Positions 50,200 through 62,597 of a stretch of DNA of 64,000 bases are shown piece after piece (position 1 is the first letter of the stretch; each line of letters opens with the position of its first letter). The notes under the pieces were generated by a model. It saw nothing but the letters and a program-made list of their open reading frames with translations. It was not told the DNA's origin and did no database searches. The stretch is from Felis catus (taxonomy: Eukaryota), in NCBI RefSeq assembly GCF_018350175.1, contig NC_058368.1:189040001-189104000 (forward strand), given 5' to 3'. Both the position numbers and the translations under genes were made by a program.

Positions 50200-52038
50200 A
50201 CACCAATAAAGAAGCAGCAGAAAGAGAAATCAAAGAATTCATCCCATTTACAATTGCATCAAAACCTATATGAAACCTAGGAATAAACCTAACCAAAGGG
50301 GTACAAGATCTATACTATGGAAACTGTTCAATGCTTATGAAAGAAATTGAAGAAGACACAAAGAAATGGAAAAACATGGATTGGAAGAAAAAAAAGTGTT
50401 AAAATGTCTATTCTACCCAAAGCAATGTAAACATTTAATGCAATCCCTATCAAAATACCACCAGCATTTTTCACAGAGCTACAACAAGCAATACTAAAGT
50501 TTGTCTGGAACCATAAAAGACCCCAAATAACCAAAGCAATCTTGAAAAAGAAAAGCAAGCCTGGGGCATCACAATTCCAGACTTCAAGCTATCTTACAAA
50601 GCTGTAATCATCAAGACAGTATGGCACTGGCATAAAAACAGACACATAGATCAATGGAACATAATAGAAAACCCAGAAATGGACTCACAACTTCATGGTC
50701 AGCTAATCTTTGACAAAGCAGGAAAGAACATCTAATGGAAAAAAGTCTCTTCAACAGATGGTGTTGGGAAAACTGGACAACAACATGTAAAAGAGTGAAA
50801 CCAGATCAGTTTATTACACCATACACAAAAATAAATTCAAAATGTATGAAAGACCTAAATATGAGAAAAGGAAACCGACAAACTCCTAGAGGAGAACACA
50901 GCCAGCAACCTCTTCAATCTTTGCAGAAGCAACTTCTTACTAGACAGGTATTCAGAGGCAAGGGAAACAAAAGCAAAAATGAGATATTGGGACCTCATCA
51001 AGATAAAAAGCTTCTTCGCAGGAAAGGAAACAATCAACAAAACCAAAAGGCAACCTTTGGAATGGGACAAGATATTTGCAAATGACATATCTGCTAAAGG
51101 GTTAGTATCCAAAATCTATAAAGAACTTACCAAACTCGACACCCAAAAAAAACAACTAATTCAGTGAAGAAATGGCCAAAAGAAACAAATAGACATTTTT
51201 CCAAAGAAGACATCTATATGGCTAACAGATATATGAAAAGATGCTCAACATCATCAGGGATATACAAATCAAAACTACGATGAGGTATCACCTCATTCCT
51301 GTCAGAATGGCTAGAATTAACAACACAGAAAATTGGTGTTGGTAAGGATGTGGAGAAAGGGGAAGATTTTTGTACTGCTGGTGGGAATGCAAACTGGTGC
51401 AGCCACTCTGGAAAACTGGAGATTCCTTAAAAAGTTAAAAATAGAACTACCCTATGATCCAGAAATTGCACTACTAGGTATTTACCTAAAGGACATAAAA
51501 ATTATGATTTGAAGAGGCACATACACCCCAATGTATATAACAGCCTTATGAAAAATAGTCAAACTAGGGAAAGAGCCCAAATGTCCATCAACTGATGAAT
51601 AGATAAAGAAGTTGTGATGTTTGCATACAATGGACTATTACTCAGCAATCAAAAAGAATGAAATCTTGCCATTTGCAACAATAGGATGGAGCTAGGTGGT
51701 ATTATGCTAAGCAAAATAAGTCAGTCAGAAAAAGATAAATACCATACAATTTCATTCATATGAGGAATTTAAGAAACAAAACGGATAAACATAGGGGAAG
51801 GGGAAGAAAGAGAGAAGGAAGTAAACTGTAATAGAGTCTCAACTACAGAGAACAAACTGAGGGTTTCTGGAGAGGAGGTGGATGGGGGCTGGGCTAAATG
51901 AGTGATGGGTACTAAGGAGGGCACTGGTTGAGGGTGTTGTATGCAAGTGATGAATCACTGAATTCTACTCCTGAAACTAATATTACACTATATGTTAACT
52001 AACTAAAATTTAAATAAGAACTTGAAACAAACAAAAAA
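50200..52038 (+). mobile_element. 5'-truncated carnivore-type LINE-1 (~1.85 kb): disrupted 3' part of ORF2, 3' UTR and A-rich tail
   Basis: ORF2-like peptides in broken frames ([29 protein letters not shown]...[18 protein letters not shown]...[34 protein letters not shown]). 3' UTR gatgaatcactgaattctactcctgaaactaatattacactatatgttaactaac. Confidence 0.92.
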
Positions 52039-52259
52039 TCAATTGCCTCTATTTGTTTTTTTTATAAACACCCCTGGGGGGGGAAAAAACTTTTCCCATG
52101 GCAAGTACACAGGTTAAAAAAGACAACCTCCCATGTGAGGTCTTCCAGGGAACCACCAGACAGGAGGTCAAATAACGGGAATGAGGTTTGAAGGAGCTCC
52201 AGTGCCATATTTCCCCCTTCAGTTGCTGCCTGGGGGTTGGTTTTCACTGTTATTATGGA

Positions 52260-52495
52260 CTTTGGGTTTTCAAGACTACCAAATAGTTGGGAGGGTGAGT
52301 GTGGTATGTGAATAGGGCAACCAAAAATGCCACAAAGCCTTTGTTCTTACTGAGATGCACTTACTCTTCTTTAATAAATGTTCCCTGGAGTACTGTAAGC
52401 CTTTGGTTAATTCCCAGAATTCTAAAAACTTGACTCTGACAATTTTTGCCAGTTTTCTAATTGATTTTGTGGAGGAGATAATTTTTGGAAGTCTA
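52260..52495 (-). mobile_element. Probable old L1M 5'-region fragment
   Basis: aataaatg...tgtaagcctttggttaattcccagaattctaaaaacttgactctgacaatttttgccagt resembles L1MC/MD 5' sequence as recalled from memory. Confidence 0.5.
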
Positions 52496-54122
52496 AATAC
52501 TTATTTACTTCGTCCTTGCCAACATCACTCAATATGCCTTTTTAAAATACAGTCTTCACCACAATCCCAAGACACGTATAATGATTGGGCCATTTTACGG
52601 ATGATAACACTAAGACTTGGGATCAGGTCTTGGGAATGTGTTCAGAGGTATAGTTAGTAAATGCAAGTGCTAGGGTTCAGACTCTGGTTATTGAACTTTC
52701 CTGCTTGAACTCTTAACATTACATTCACTAGTGAAGAGATAATAGGAGCAAGAAAATGCCTCAAGCCCTGGCCCTCTTCTCAATCCTTGATTTCAGGAGA
52801 TGCAGTGGGGGTGTGGAGAGATATTGGCATTATTTTCCTTCAGTATAAAAAGGAGATAATATTACCACTTCTCTTCCTAAATCCTCAGAATCCAAAGATT
52901 CTGTGTAGAGAAATAACACTCTGAAGTGCTGGAAAATTGCTGTTATGTAAGAGACAGTATCCTAGAAAATAATATTTTATGAAATTCTCAGAAAAATGCC
53001 AAACAGGCCTAAACTATCATGTCCTTCCTGGAGGAGCTTCCTTCACAAGCAGGAAGGGCCCCTCGCTGTGTGGGCTGTGCTCCAATGCGCAAAGCTTTTC
53101 AGCTTATGTGGCCGTCAAATCCATGTTTGTACCATTTGCCTTCTCCCAACTCATGATTAAATGAAAACAATAGCCAGGACTACACCAGCTTGAGGAAGAA
53201 TGTCCTTCTCTGAATGCTCAACCCTTAGAAGGATTGTTTTGTTACTTCTGTCACCAGTGTGTGGAAACATGGAGCTCGATTTTTCAAGTGAGCGATGGAA
53301 ATAGGACTAACAAGTGGTCCCAGATTCACTCATATGAAAACAATAACACATTCTATGACTTGGAGGTCTGGAGGTTTATGTTGGCACCAACTGGAATGCT
53401 AATGTGCAAAGAATCTGGTCTCTCCTCTCAAACACTAACAAACACCAGTCATTTCCTACTGATTGGTTTCAACCTAACAAGCATTTTTTTGAGCCCAAAA
53501 GAATATTTCATTGTAGAATATTTAGATTATGTTGATTACTCACTTATGAGCCATAAGTTGGCCAATGAAGAACAGATTGCTTCAACTTGGTATCTACCAC
53601 CCACTCACCACCACCACCACCACCACCCAAGATTAATAGTCATAAACACAACAAGATATCACATAAAAAGGGATCTAAACTTTTCTTAAATGCTTCATGA
53701 ACTTTGGAGTGTCAGAGATCCCTCTGAGCATATGGTAAAAACTGTGGACATCTTATCTTGTGAAATGGTCCTACCAATAGAATTGCACATTCATGTTGGG
53801 GCTCATGGGCTCTCTGAAAGCTTATCCATCATTGAGGATTCTTTCTACGGTGAATCTTTGTCCAGTGCACTAATGTCTTGTTCATACATGTTCCAAAGCA
53901 CATCTCATAGAACAACCCTGAACTCTCCTCTTGCCAATTTAGAATTCTGCTTTGACTTCAGAATTGGCTAGTACAAGTGAACCTGGATCATCATTTTTGG
54001 AAGACTGCTATCCGATTGTGTGAGTAGATCCTTATAGAGGGTCATGGAACAAACTGTCGCACCAGCAATGTAATTGATTACTTAGAAATGTGTGTGATTG
54101 TTATTTCTCAAAGAGGTGTTTT

Positions 54123-54340
54123 GGGGGGCTCCTGGGGGCTCAATTGACTAAGCATCTGACTCTCGATTTTGGCTCAAGTCATGATCTCACAGTTCATGTG
54201 ATCGAGCCCTGCATCAGGCTTTGTGCTGACAGTGCAGAGCCTCCTTAGGATTCTCTGTCTCCCTCTCTCTATGCCCTTCTCCTGCTCTCTCTCTCTCTCT
54301 CTCTTTCTCTAAAATAAATAAACATTTTTAAAAAAGAAAT
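54123..54340 (+). mobile_element. Can-SINE (feliform type)
   Basis: ggggggctcctgggggctcaattgactaagcatctgactctcgattttggctcaagtcatgatctcacag...tgtgctgacagtgcagagcct, (CT)n and aaataaataaacatt. Confidence 0.9.
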
Positions 54341-54524
54341 TTTGTAAATAGATATGTTTTTATTTCATATCAGCACATACAAAAACATTGATTCAGGGGT
54401 TAAGATACAGGAAAACAGCTATGCTGCTATTTTAGTTTTTACTTATTTGCACTGCCAAATATTAAAATATAATTTTCAAGCACAGCTACTTTCTTTGTAT
54501 TTAATTGTCTTTAATTCAATAGGC

Positions 54525-55460
54525 ACTGTTTAGTATCAGTCAAGGAGTAGGCCATGTGGCAGGCACTGGGTTACAAGATGGCTGAGGTTCTTTAGGAGCT
54601 CACAGTTCCATGGGGAGCACAAACATGCAAGACAGTTTCATATACTAGGGTTGGTCCAGGTAATAGCGGTGCACAAAAGGGCTCTGGCAGCACACAGATG
54701 CATGGACCATCTGGGTGAAGAAAGAATGAGGAAGGTGACAAGGGAGAAGTCAGGGGAAGCCTCTGGGTGAGACGAAACAACAGACTTTTGAAGGAAAAAT
54801 GGAGCATCAGGAATTCTAAAGAAAAAGGACAAGATTCCAAAAGTCATGGAACAGTAGGTGCATAGGGGTTGCTGTGAGTTGTGCAGTTTGACTGGGGTGT
54901 GACACATAATGGAGGGCATGGGAAGAATGGGGCTGAAGGGGTAGGTAGCGTAGCTGGCCTACGGAGAGTCTTGTTTGCCTTTAAAAGAAATAGATCTTGG
55001 TCTTAGATGCCATGGCAAGTTGTGTGAGCATAGTAATGTGAGCAGGCCATGCGTTAGCTTGTAGGGTCTGGCTACCGCAGGGAGGACAGATTTAGGGCAG
55101 AAGTAGAAAGACCAGGAAGGAGGTTGTTGCACCCATCACTGTGAGAGGTGGTGAAGGCCTGCCTTGGGGAAACGGTGGTTAGGGCAGAGAAAAAGGGACT
55201 AGCTCCGGGAAAACTTGAGAGACAGAATTGCTAGGACTTGGTGACTGATCAGAGGTTGGAGACAGGTGGTGGAGAGAGGATGAACAAATGTGGTTCAATG
55301 AACTCAGAGCGATTATATGAGGTGGGGAACATCTGGTGCAGTAAGGAGGAGGTACTGCATTGTGCCTTGGTTGCAGATGGGGCACCTTGTAAGTATCTGA
55401 GAATGAAACTAAGGGTGATGGTTAAAACCATGTGAGAGATCACCCAGTGGAAACACGTAG
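54525..55460 (-). mobile_element. L2 LINE fragment (approximate)
   Basis: ggccatgtggcaggcactggg...aggagctcacagttcc...gagacagaattgctaggacttggtgactgat. Confidence 0.6.
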
Positions 55461-56020
55461 AAAATTAGAGTCTTTAATATTTTGGAATCATAAGCTTCTA
55501 AAAGGATATGAAGAAAAACATTGACTTACTCCCCAGGAAAGCACCCATGAGTGCATGCACACATGATTTTACTTATCACTTCAGTGGGTCACCAAGCTCA
55601 AGTTTAAATCTATGAAGAGTGAGGGGAGCATTCTATGGCAGGACGTGAGCAATGTTGGATTCAAGTGTCTGGCTCATGTATCAAGCAAGCATGGTGTCCC
55701 CAGATGGGACCATCTCCTGCAGATGGCCTTGGCGAGACCACCTGATCTTAGAACAGGGGAAAGAGATGAGGAAGCCTGAGTGATTGCCAGCTCTCCCTCA
55801 CTTATGGGGTTGACAGCAGCATTGGAGAGTTGAGAATTGCTGACCTCTCCTCTATGGGTCACATGGCTCTGCCTCACACCTCTGCCCCTTCATCTCAGGG
55901 CTCACGTTGACAAACTCATCTTCCAAATATGTGCCTGTCATTAAGCAGGGAGAGGGGGACAGAAACTGAGAATTTCTGCCCAACATATGATCATATAGAA
56001 TAATTTTTCCAAGGAATTTT

Positions 56021-56236
56021 TTAAAGTTTGTTTGTTTGCTTGCTTGCTTGTTTATTTATTTATAGAGCATGTGTGAGCAAGGTGAGGGTAGAGAAAGAGG
56101 GAGAGAGAATCCCAAGTAGGATCCCCTCTGTCAGCTCAGAGCCTGACAAGGGGCTCGATCCCACAAACTGTGAGATCATGACCTGAACTGAAATCAAGAG
56201 TCACATGCTTAACTAATTGAGCCACCCAGGTGCCCC
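56021..56236 (-). mobile_element. Can-SINE (feliform type) with degenerate target-site duplication
   Basis: tgtcagctcagagcctgac...tgtgagatcatgacctgaactgaaatcaagagtc...gagccacccaggtgcccc. Flanks tccaaggaatttt / ttcaaggaactttt. Confidence 0.9.
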
Positions 56237-57514
56237 TTCAAGGAACTTTTATATCCATTATTTCAACTACTTCTATTACATGTACATAAATTTCAGGTCT
56301 TGTAATTTATGCGGTGGGGGGGGGGTGGATCTGAATCAGGGAAGAGGTAATGGATGTGCCTACGGTCACAAAATAATTCCGGAAGGAGTTCTGATCATTG
56401 GCAGACCAATTTTCTAGCTATAAGTTCATGTTACTTTAATCCAAAGATCCATGGAAACATGTCAAAAAAAAAAACCCTGAATTGTTATTTATAATTTTCT
56501 TATTCTTATTAACATTTTCTTGAAGAACCAGTTACAACATTAGAATAACAACTTGTGGTTTCCTGATGAAAAAGGAAGAGAGGGATCCTGAAACAAATGT
56601 TCCTCTGAGTTTATTGTTAACTCAGTTTGGCTTTTATTTATTTTGTTATTTTTGTTGGCTTCTCTACATTTTGCTTTAAGAAGGCACAGATATTTGAAAT
56701 ATATATTAATGTCCCTAAAAAATCCGTTGGGTTAAGGGAGAGATTAAAATTATTGAACACCTACTACATACCAAGGATAGAGTTATGTATATATGCATTC
56801 ACTGAATATTCACAGTAAACTTTTAAGTATCATCATCCACATTTTATAGATGATAAAAGATAGTATCAGTGAGTTCAAACCTCATCCGTGGTCACATGGC
56901 TTCATTACGTCATGATGAGACACATATTTGTCCAGTTTCAAAACCAATTCTTTCCCCATGGCACCATCCTGTATAGTTTGCACGTGGGAGCAAAGCTCAG
57001 GACAGCTCAGGGTCGATCATCTCCAAGTGAGAGTGAACGTTGGCGTAGTCTCCTTGTGTGTCGCAAAGGTGACTGCAGCCCTTCTCCCTCTACTATGGGC
57101 ATGCTTCTCTTCTCTTTTTCTTTCCCTCCTTATGCTTCTGCTTCCTCACTCCATATTATTTATCCACTTTCCCATTTTGCTTCTTGAAACTTCTAAAATA
57201 ATTTAGAGCTGAGGACTCAATCCTTTACAGACTTGGTCTTAGTCATTCTTTAGATCCAAATCTCTAACTCCGTGGTATTGAGGGAATTGAGTGTAGTCAT
57301 TCAGGGTGAGGTTTCTGGAGACAGATTTCATCAGTTCCAATGCCAATCTCTGATGGCTCCATGTGGCTCCTCCAGTGGCTCCATGCCAAGCCCTTAACCT
57401 CTGCTTTCTCTCCCATCCCCCTCCTTCTCCACCACCCCCTTCTCCCTCCCTTCCTCCATCTCCCCCTCTCCCTCTTTTGCCCTCCCTTCCCCCTCTCCTC
57501 TCCCCCCCTCCTCT

Positions 57515-57701
57515 GTCTGTCATGTGAAGACACAGCAAGAAAGCAGTCATCTGGGGAAAAAGAAAGGAGTCCTCACCAGAACCTAATCTTGCTGACACCC
57601 TGATCATGGACTTCCAGACTCCAGAACTGTGAGAGAATAAATCTATGTTGTTTAAGCTCCCCAGTTTGTGATATTTTGTTATTATAGTTCAAGCTAAGAC
57701 A
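57515..57701 (+). mobile_element. MaLR (MST/MLT1A-like) LTR, 3' half
   Basis: catgtgaagacacagcaagaaagcagtcatct...ccctgatcatggacttccagactccagaactgtgagagaataaatctatgttgtttaagc. Confidence 0.8.
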
Positions 57702-60072
57702 CTTAATTTGGAGAATGCCATTTTAGACTGGGTAGTCTGAGAAGGCCTCTCCCAAAAGTTGACATTTGAGCTAAGATCTGAATTTGACAGGAAGGCAGTC
57801 AAGTGAAGATCTGGGGTAAAGGAATACATTTTTGAGTACGGAGGATTTGTAAGGAAGCCTGACCCTTTGTATAACTTATGAAGCCATGACAGAAAGTTAT
57901 CATTTCTCCACTCCTCCACTCCTCTCCCCCAGGGTCTACCAGTAATGCCTCATGCCCAGGACTCAGTGCCCTTAACTAGTAAGTTTGGTCCCTATGGAAC
58001 CATACACATGGTCCTAGCCTTCTCAGAAAGCCTTCTGGGCTTGTTGTCTCCCCGATTTCCTTTCTCTATCAAAACTTGCCTTTCCTGTGTCCCATTTCCT
58101 CGGTAGTTCATATTGGCTGACATACCTGAGGGACATAAGTTACTCCTCCCAGATAACATCTACATTGCACAGGGACCTCCTAAAGGCCACTTGGTTCTAG
58201 GCGAGTGACAGAGATGAAGCGATCCAGGCATGACAGGGGCCACTGAGGGGGTATTGTACAGCAGATGACCAGGACAGGGAGATACACATTCCCTTTCAAG
58301 GTTGGCTTTTCCTGTGAAAAGAAAACCACTGAATATACTCCAAACTGACACTTAAGAACAAAGATTTCTATTTCAGTCCCAAACATAACTAAAAATGGAG
58401 CTAGGTTGCAATTTAGGGCAAATATTGACAATATCTTCAATAGATTGTATCCCAGTACACTTATATCAACTCTGGGTTGAATAATTCTTTGTGAAAGAAT
58501 TTTCGATTAGTATCTGAGTTTTAAACGTTGAACTACAAAGGAGCTGCTAAAACCTCAAGCAGCTAAAATCTAGTTCCCAATTCACAAGAAATTTGGCCAA
58601 GGAAGACATTAAATAGAGTGGTGTCACTAGTCAGAATTGATGAGATGCAAGCACGGAGATGGTACCTATCAAAAGGGAAATTAGAATAAATGAATATTAA
58701 AATATTTAAATTTATAATAATGTGTTCAAAACACAGTTCTGAAGAACATTATCATTGGAAGTGAGAAACCAGTGCTAAGTCACTTATAGTCTTTTCTAAG
58801 CAAGCTTCCTACCCCATTTCAACTCATTAGGATAATATTAGCTTCAAGTGTAATGGTGTAATTTTAACTGTACTGTACACAAATTACTCTGGTTCTCACT
58901 CTGACGGGTTTAGCAATAATCCCTCTTGGCAGACCTTTGGCAATTGCTACAATGCTGGAAAAACAAAAGGAATGAGATATTTAGGGGAAAATATATTATA
59001 TATATATTATATATATATATATTTTTTATATATATTATATATATATAATATATATAATATTTTTTCAAGATAGCCAGTGGATCACATTTAGCTAAAGAAG
59101 AGAGAAGAATGCTTCCAAATTCTCTAAGTTTCATAGCTATCTTTCTAAAGGGGAAGAGGGGACAGAAAATCCCAGAGATTTTTGCCATTTCTGAAATTCC
59201 CTGGACATTATTTTACCTTATAGAGTACAATGTAATGAGACAAAGCGCCAGTCTATAACTCTTTAATTTTTACTATTAATCATCTGCAGGATAGACTTCT
59301 AATACTAACCTAAATACAAATACACATGCATACCCACAAACATATGCTTCTTTGCAGTTTTAAAGGTCAAGTTTTTCTGCCAAATACTGTAGAGCAAATA
59401 AATACACCCTTTTAATGCTCAATGGCCACTACGATTCCATTTCCTTGGTCAGAAAAATGGAAAGGATAGTAGCTACCTCAAAGGTTTCTGTGAGGATTAA
59501 ATGAGGGAGTGAATTGTAAAGCACTTACTTACTACAGTGCCTGCCACACAGTAAATAGTAGAAAGCAGCTGTCATTATTACTGCTAAAATTACTGTTAAC
59601 CCCAAGGTAAATAAAATGATTCATATTTGAAAGAAAATCCAGGATCCTGAAGCATTTCCATAGATTATTATTACGTTTGACCTCCAAGCCATCCAGTGAG
59701 AGAGAAAGATGGGAATCCTCATTCCTGCAGATTGAGGACGTTAAGACCCAGCAAAAATAAGCTACCTGTTCAAGATCACATGCAACCTAGAAATGGAAAT
59801 GCAACCTAGATCTCCTAAATCCTAGTGACCCACAAAGCCTCTCCTTATTTCTCTTAACTCTTAATATGCTGGACTCACACCCATTCATCCATTCATTCAC
59901 TTAACGAATTATTAAGGTCCCACTTTATATCAGTATTTGTAGCCCAGGGAAGAGGCCGCAGGAGGTAACAAGATAGACAAAATGCTTATGGTCATAGGCT
60001 TAGTTTCCTGAGTTTGGGGCTAGGGAGTTGAGACAGAGAACAATTAATTAACATAATAAGTAAGTTTCCTAC

Positions 60073-60441
60073 TATTATGGCTAAAATGTATCCCTTCCAC
60101 TCCACCCCAAATTCACATTTTAAAGCCTTATTCTGAGGAAAGTGAATGTTTTCAAAGACAAGCCACTCTTGGGATGGGCTTTAATCCCATCTGTTTAGTG
60201 TCCATAAGGAAGGAAATTTGGACTCTCGGAGAGACACTGGAGGTGCAAGTACAGGGGAAAACCATGTGAGGACACAGTGAAGGGACAGCCACCTACAGGT
60301 TAAGGAGGGAGGTCTCAAAAGAACCAAATCTACTAACACCTTGATCTTGGACTTCTAGCCTCCAGAACAGTGAAGAAATTTATTTTTGTTGTTTAAATTG
60401 CTGTTTGTGGTATTTTGTTATGGCAGCCTAGCAGTCTAATG
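60073..60441 (+). mobile_element. MLT1A-like solo LTR
   Basis: tattatggctaaaatgtatccc...catgtgaggacacagtgaagg...ccttgatcttggacttctagcctccagaacagtg...tgtggtattttgttatggcagcctagca. Confidence 0.8.
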
Positions 60442-62147
60442 GATCTATTAAGTTGATAAATACTATGGAAAAAAAGCCCCCAAAAAACAAAAGGAAAAGA
60501 AAAGAATGCTAGGGGTGCTGAGGAGCTTTGGAAGAACACATTGCATTTATTTAATAGGGTCTCATCAGGAGGCGAGAATCCAAGCAAAGATATGGCAAAA
60601 ATAAGGGAATTAGCTATAGAGGTATTCGGGAGAAGACTTTTCCAGGTAAAGTGGAGTGTTGGTGCAAAGGCCCTGTGGTGGGAATATGACAGGTATGTTA
60701 AGGAGCAACCGCTGAGAAGAGAGGACTGGAGAAGAGTAGGCAAGAGGGGTAGTAGGTGAGGTCAGGGAGCAATGGGAGGGACAGGTCAGGTAAGGCCTTG
60801 TAGGCTATTGTAGGAACTTTGATTTCTTATTTGCATGAAATGGAGTTGCCAGGTTCTGAATGGAGTGACATGACCTGATATATTTTAAAAGAATCATTTT
60901 GGCTTCTGTGTTAGGAATAGATTTAGGCTAGTGCAGTAATTCATCAAGTTATTATTGTAAGTTCAAACTAGAGTGCTGAGCATGAAAGTGGTAATGAGTG
61001 GTCAGATTCTGAATCTATTGTGAAGGCTAGGCCAACAGGACTTCTTGATAGATTGGACATGGGATATGAGAGAAAGAGTAGAGTCAAGGATGACCCCATG
61101 GTTTTTCACCTGAACAAATGAAAGAGCATAAGAGCATAGATATCATCTTCTGAAACGAAAGGGCCACAGATAGCAGTGATATGATGAGGAAGAGCAATAA
61201 TTTAATTTTTGATGCATTGAATTTGGAATATCAGACATCTAAATGGAGATGTTAAATTAGCAGTCTAATATTAGAGTTTGAAGTCTAGTAAAAAGCACTA
61301 TGCTGGGGATATAAGAGAATGAGTATACTTACAAAAAAAACAAAAACAAAGACTGAGACCCAGGGAAACCTAGGATGATGAAATCAGGGAGAAGAGGAAG
61401 AATCAGCAAGGAAACCGAGAAGGAGCAATGACATCTCATATTGCCCTAAAAAAAAAAAAAAAGTGAGGAGATTGTTTTTAGGAGAAAAGATTAATCAACT
61501 GTGCTGAATGCTGCCATAAATCAAACAAGATAAATTCTAAGAATTGACCTTTGGATTTAGCATGGAAAGCATTGGTGGCCTGACAAGAGAACTTTCTGTG
61601 GGATGTTAGGGAAGGTAACTTCAGTCTAAGTGGATTTATGAGAAGGAGAAGAGAGGAATTCAAGAGTGAATATAAGTAACTACCTCAAAGAGATTTGCTG
61701 TCAAGGGGAACAACAAAAGGAGCCAGTATTGGTGGCGGGGAGTGGGGTGAGAAGTGGGAGTCAAAAGAATATTTGACATTTTCTTGGAGAATTTCTTTCT
61801 TCAAGAGGGACGAGGAGAAATAGCAGAATGTTCATATTCCTATAAGAATGATCCAGTGGAAAGGGAGAAAGCTGACACAAAGGAGAAAGAGGAGTGACGA
61901 GCTGGGGTAACATCCTTGAGGAGGTGAGTGGGGATGACATCGAGTGCATCAGACTGGCTTTCAGTAGAAAGAAGCAGAGGTGATTTACGCTCCTATACAG
62001 CTGAGTATACATGGAGGTGGGAGCTCCTGACTGCTTCTATTTTTTTCTCAGTGAAGAGTAAAGCAGATTCATCTGTCGAGAGGAGTAAGGATAGGAAAGA
62101 GATGTCAAAGACTTGATGGTAGAGAAGAAAGCCATGATAGAATGATA

Positions 62148-62597
62148 TATTGGTTTACATGCCAAAGTACCACAAACTGGGTGGCTTAAGCAACTGAAAC
62201 ATACTGTCTCACAGTTCTGGAGGCTAGAAGTCCAAGATCAAGGTAGTGGCAGGGTTGGTTCCTTCTGAGGCTGTGAGGGACAATCTATTCTATGCCTCTT
62301 CTTCCAGCTTTTGGTGATTTGCTGCCAATCTTTGGTGTTCTTTGGCTTTTAGAAGCATCACCCCAATCTGTTAACTTCATGTTCACATGGTATTCATCCC
62401 ATGTAAGTATCTGTGTTCAAAATTCCCCTTTTTATAAGGACACCAGTCATGTTGGATTAGGGGTCATGCTCGTGACATGATTTTAACTAATTACATCTAC
62501 AACCCTTTTCCCAAATAAGGTCACATTCTGAGGTACAGAGGGTTAGGGCTTCAACATATGAATTTTGGAGGTGTGGACACAATTCAATCCATAACAA
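62148..62597 (-). mobile_element. MLT1 (B/C-like) solo LTR
   Basis: aaagtaccacaaactgggtggcttaagcaac...tctcacagttctggaggctagaagtccaagatcaagg...ccaaataaggtcacattctgaggtac...gacacaattcaatccataaca. Confidence 0.85.

Noticed and set aside
50735..51167. L1 ORF2-like ORFs as an active or domesticated gene
   Set aside because: The element is 5'-truncated with frameshifts and stops, so it is a dead copy.
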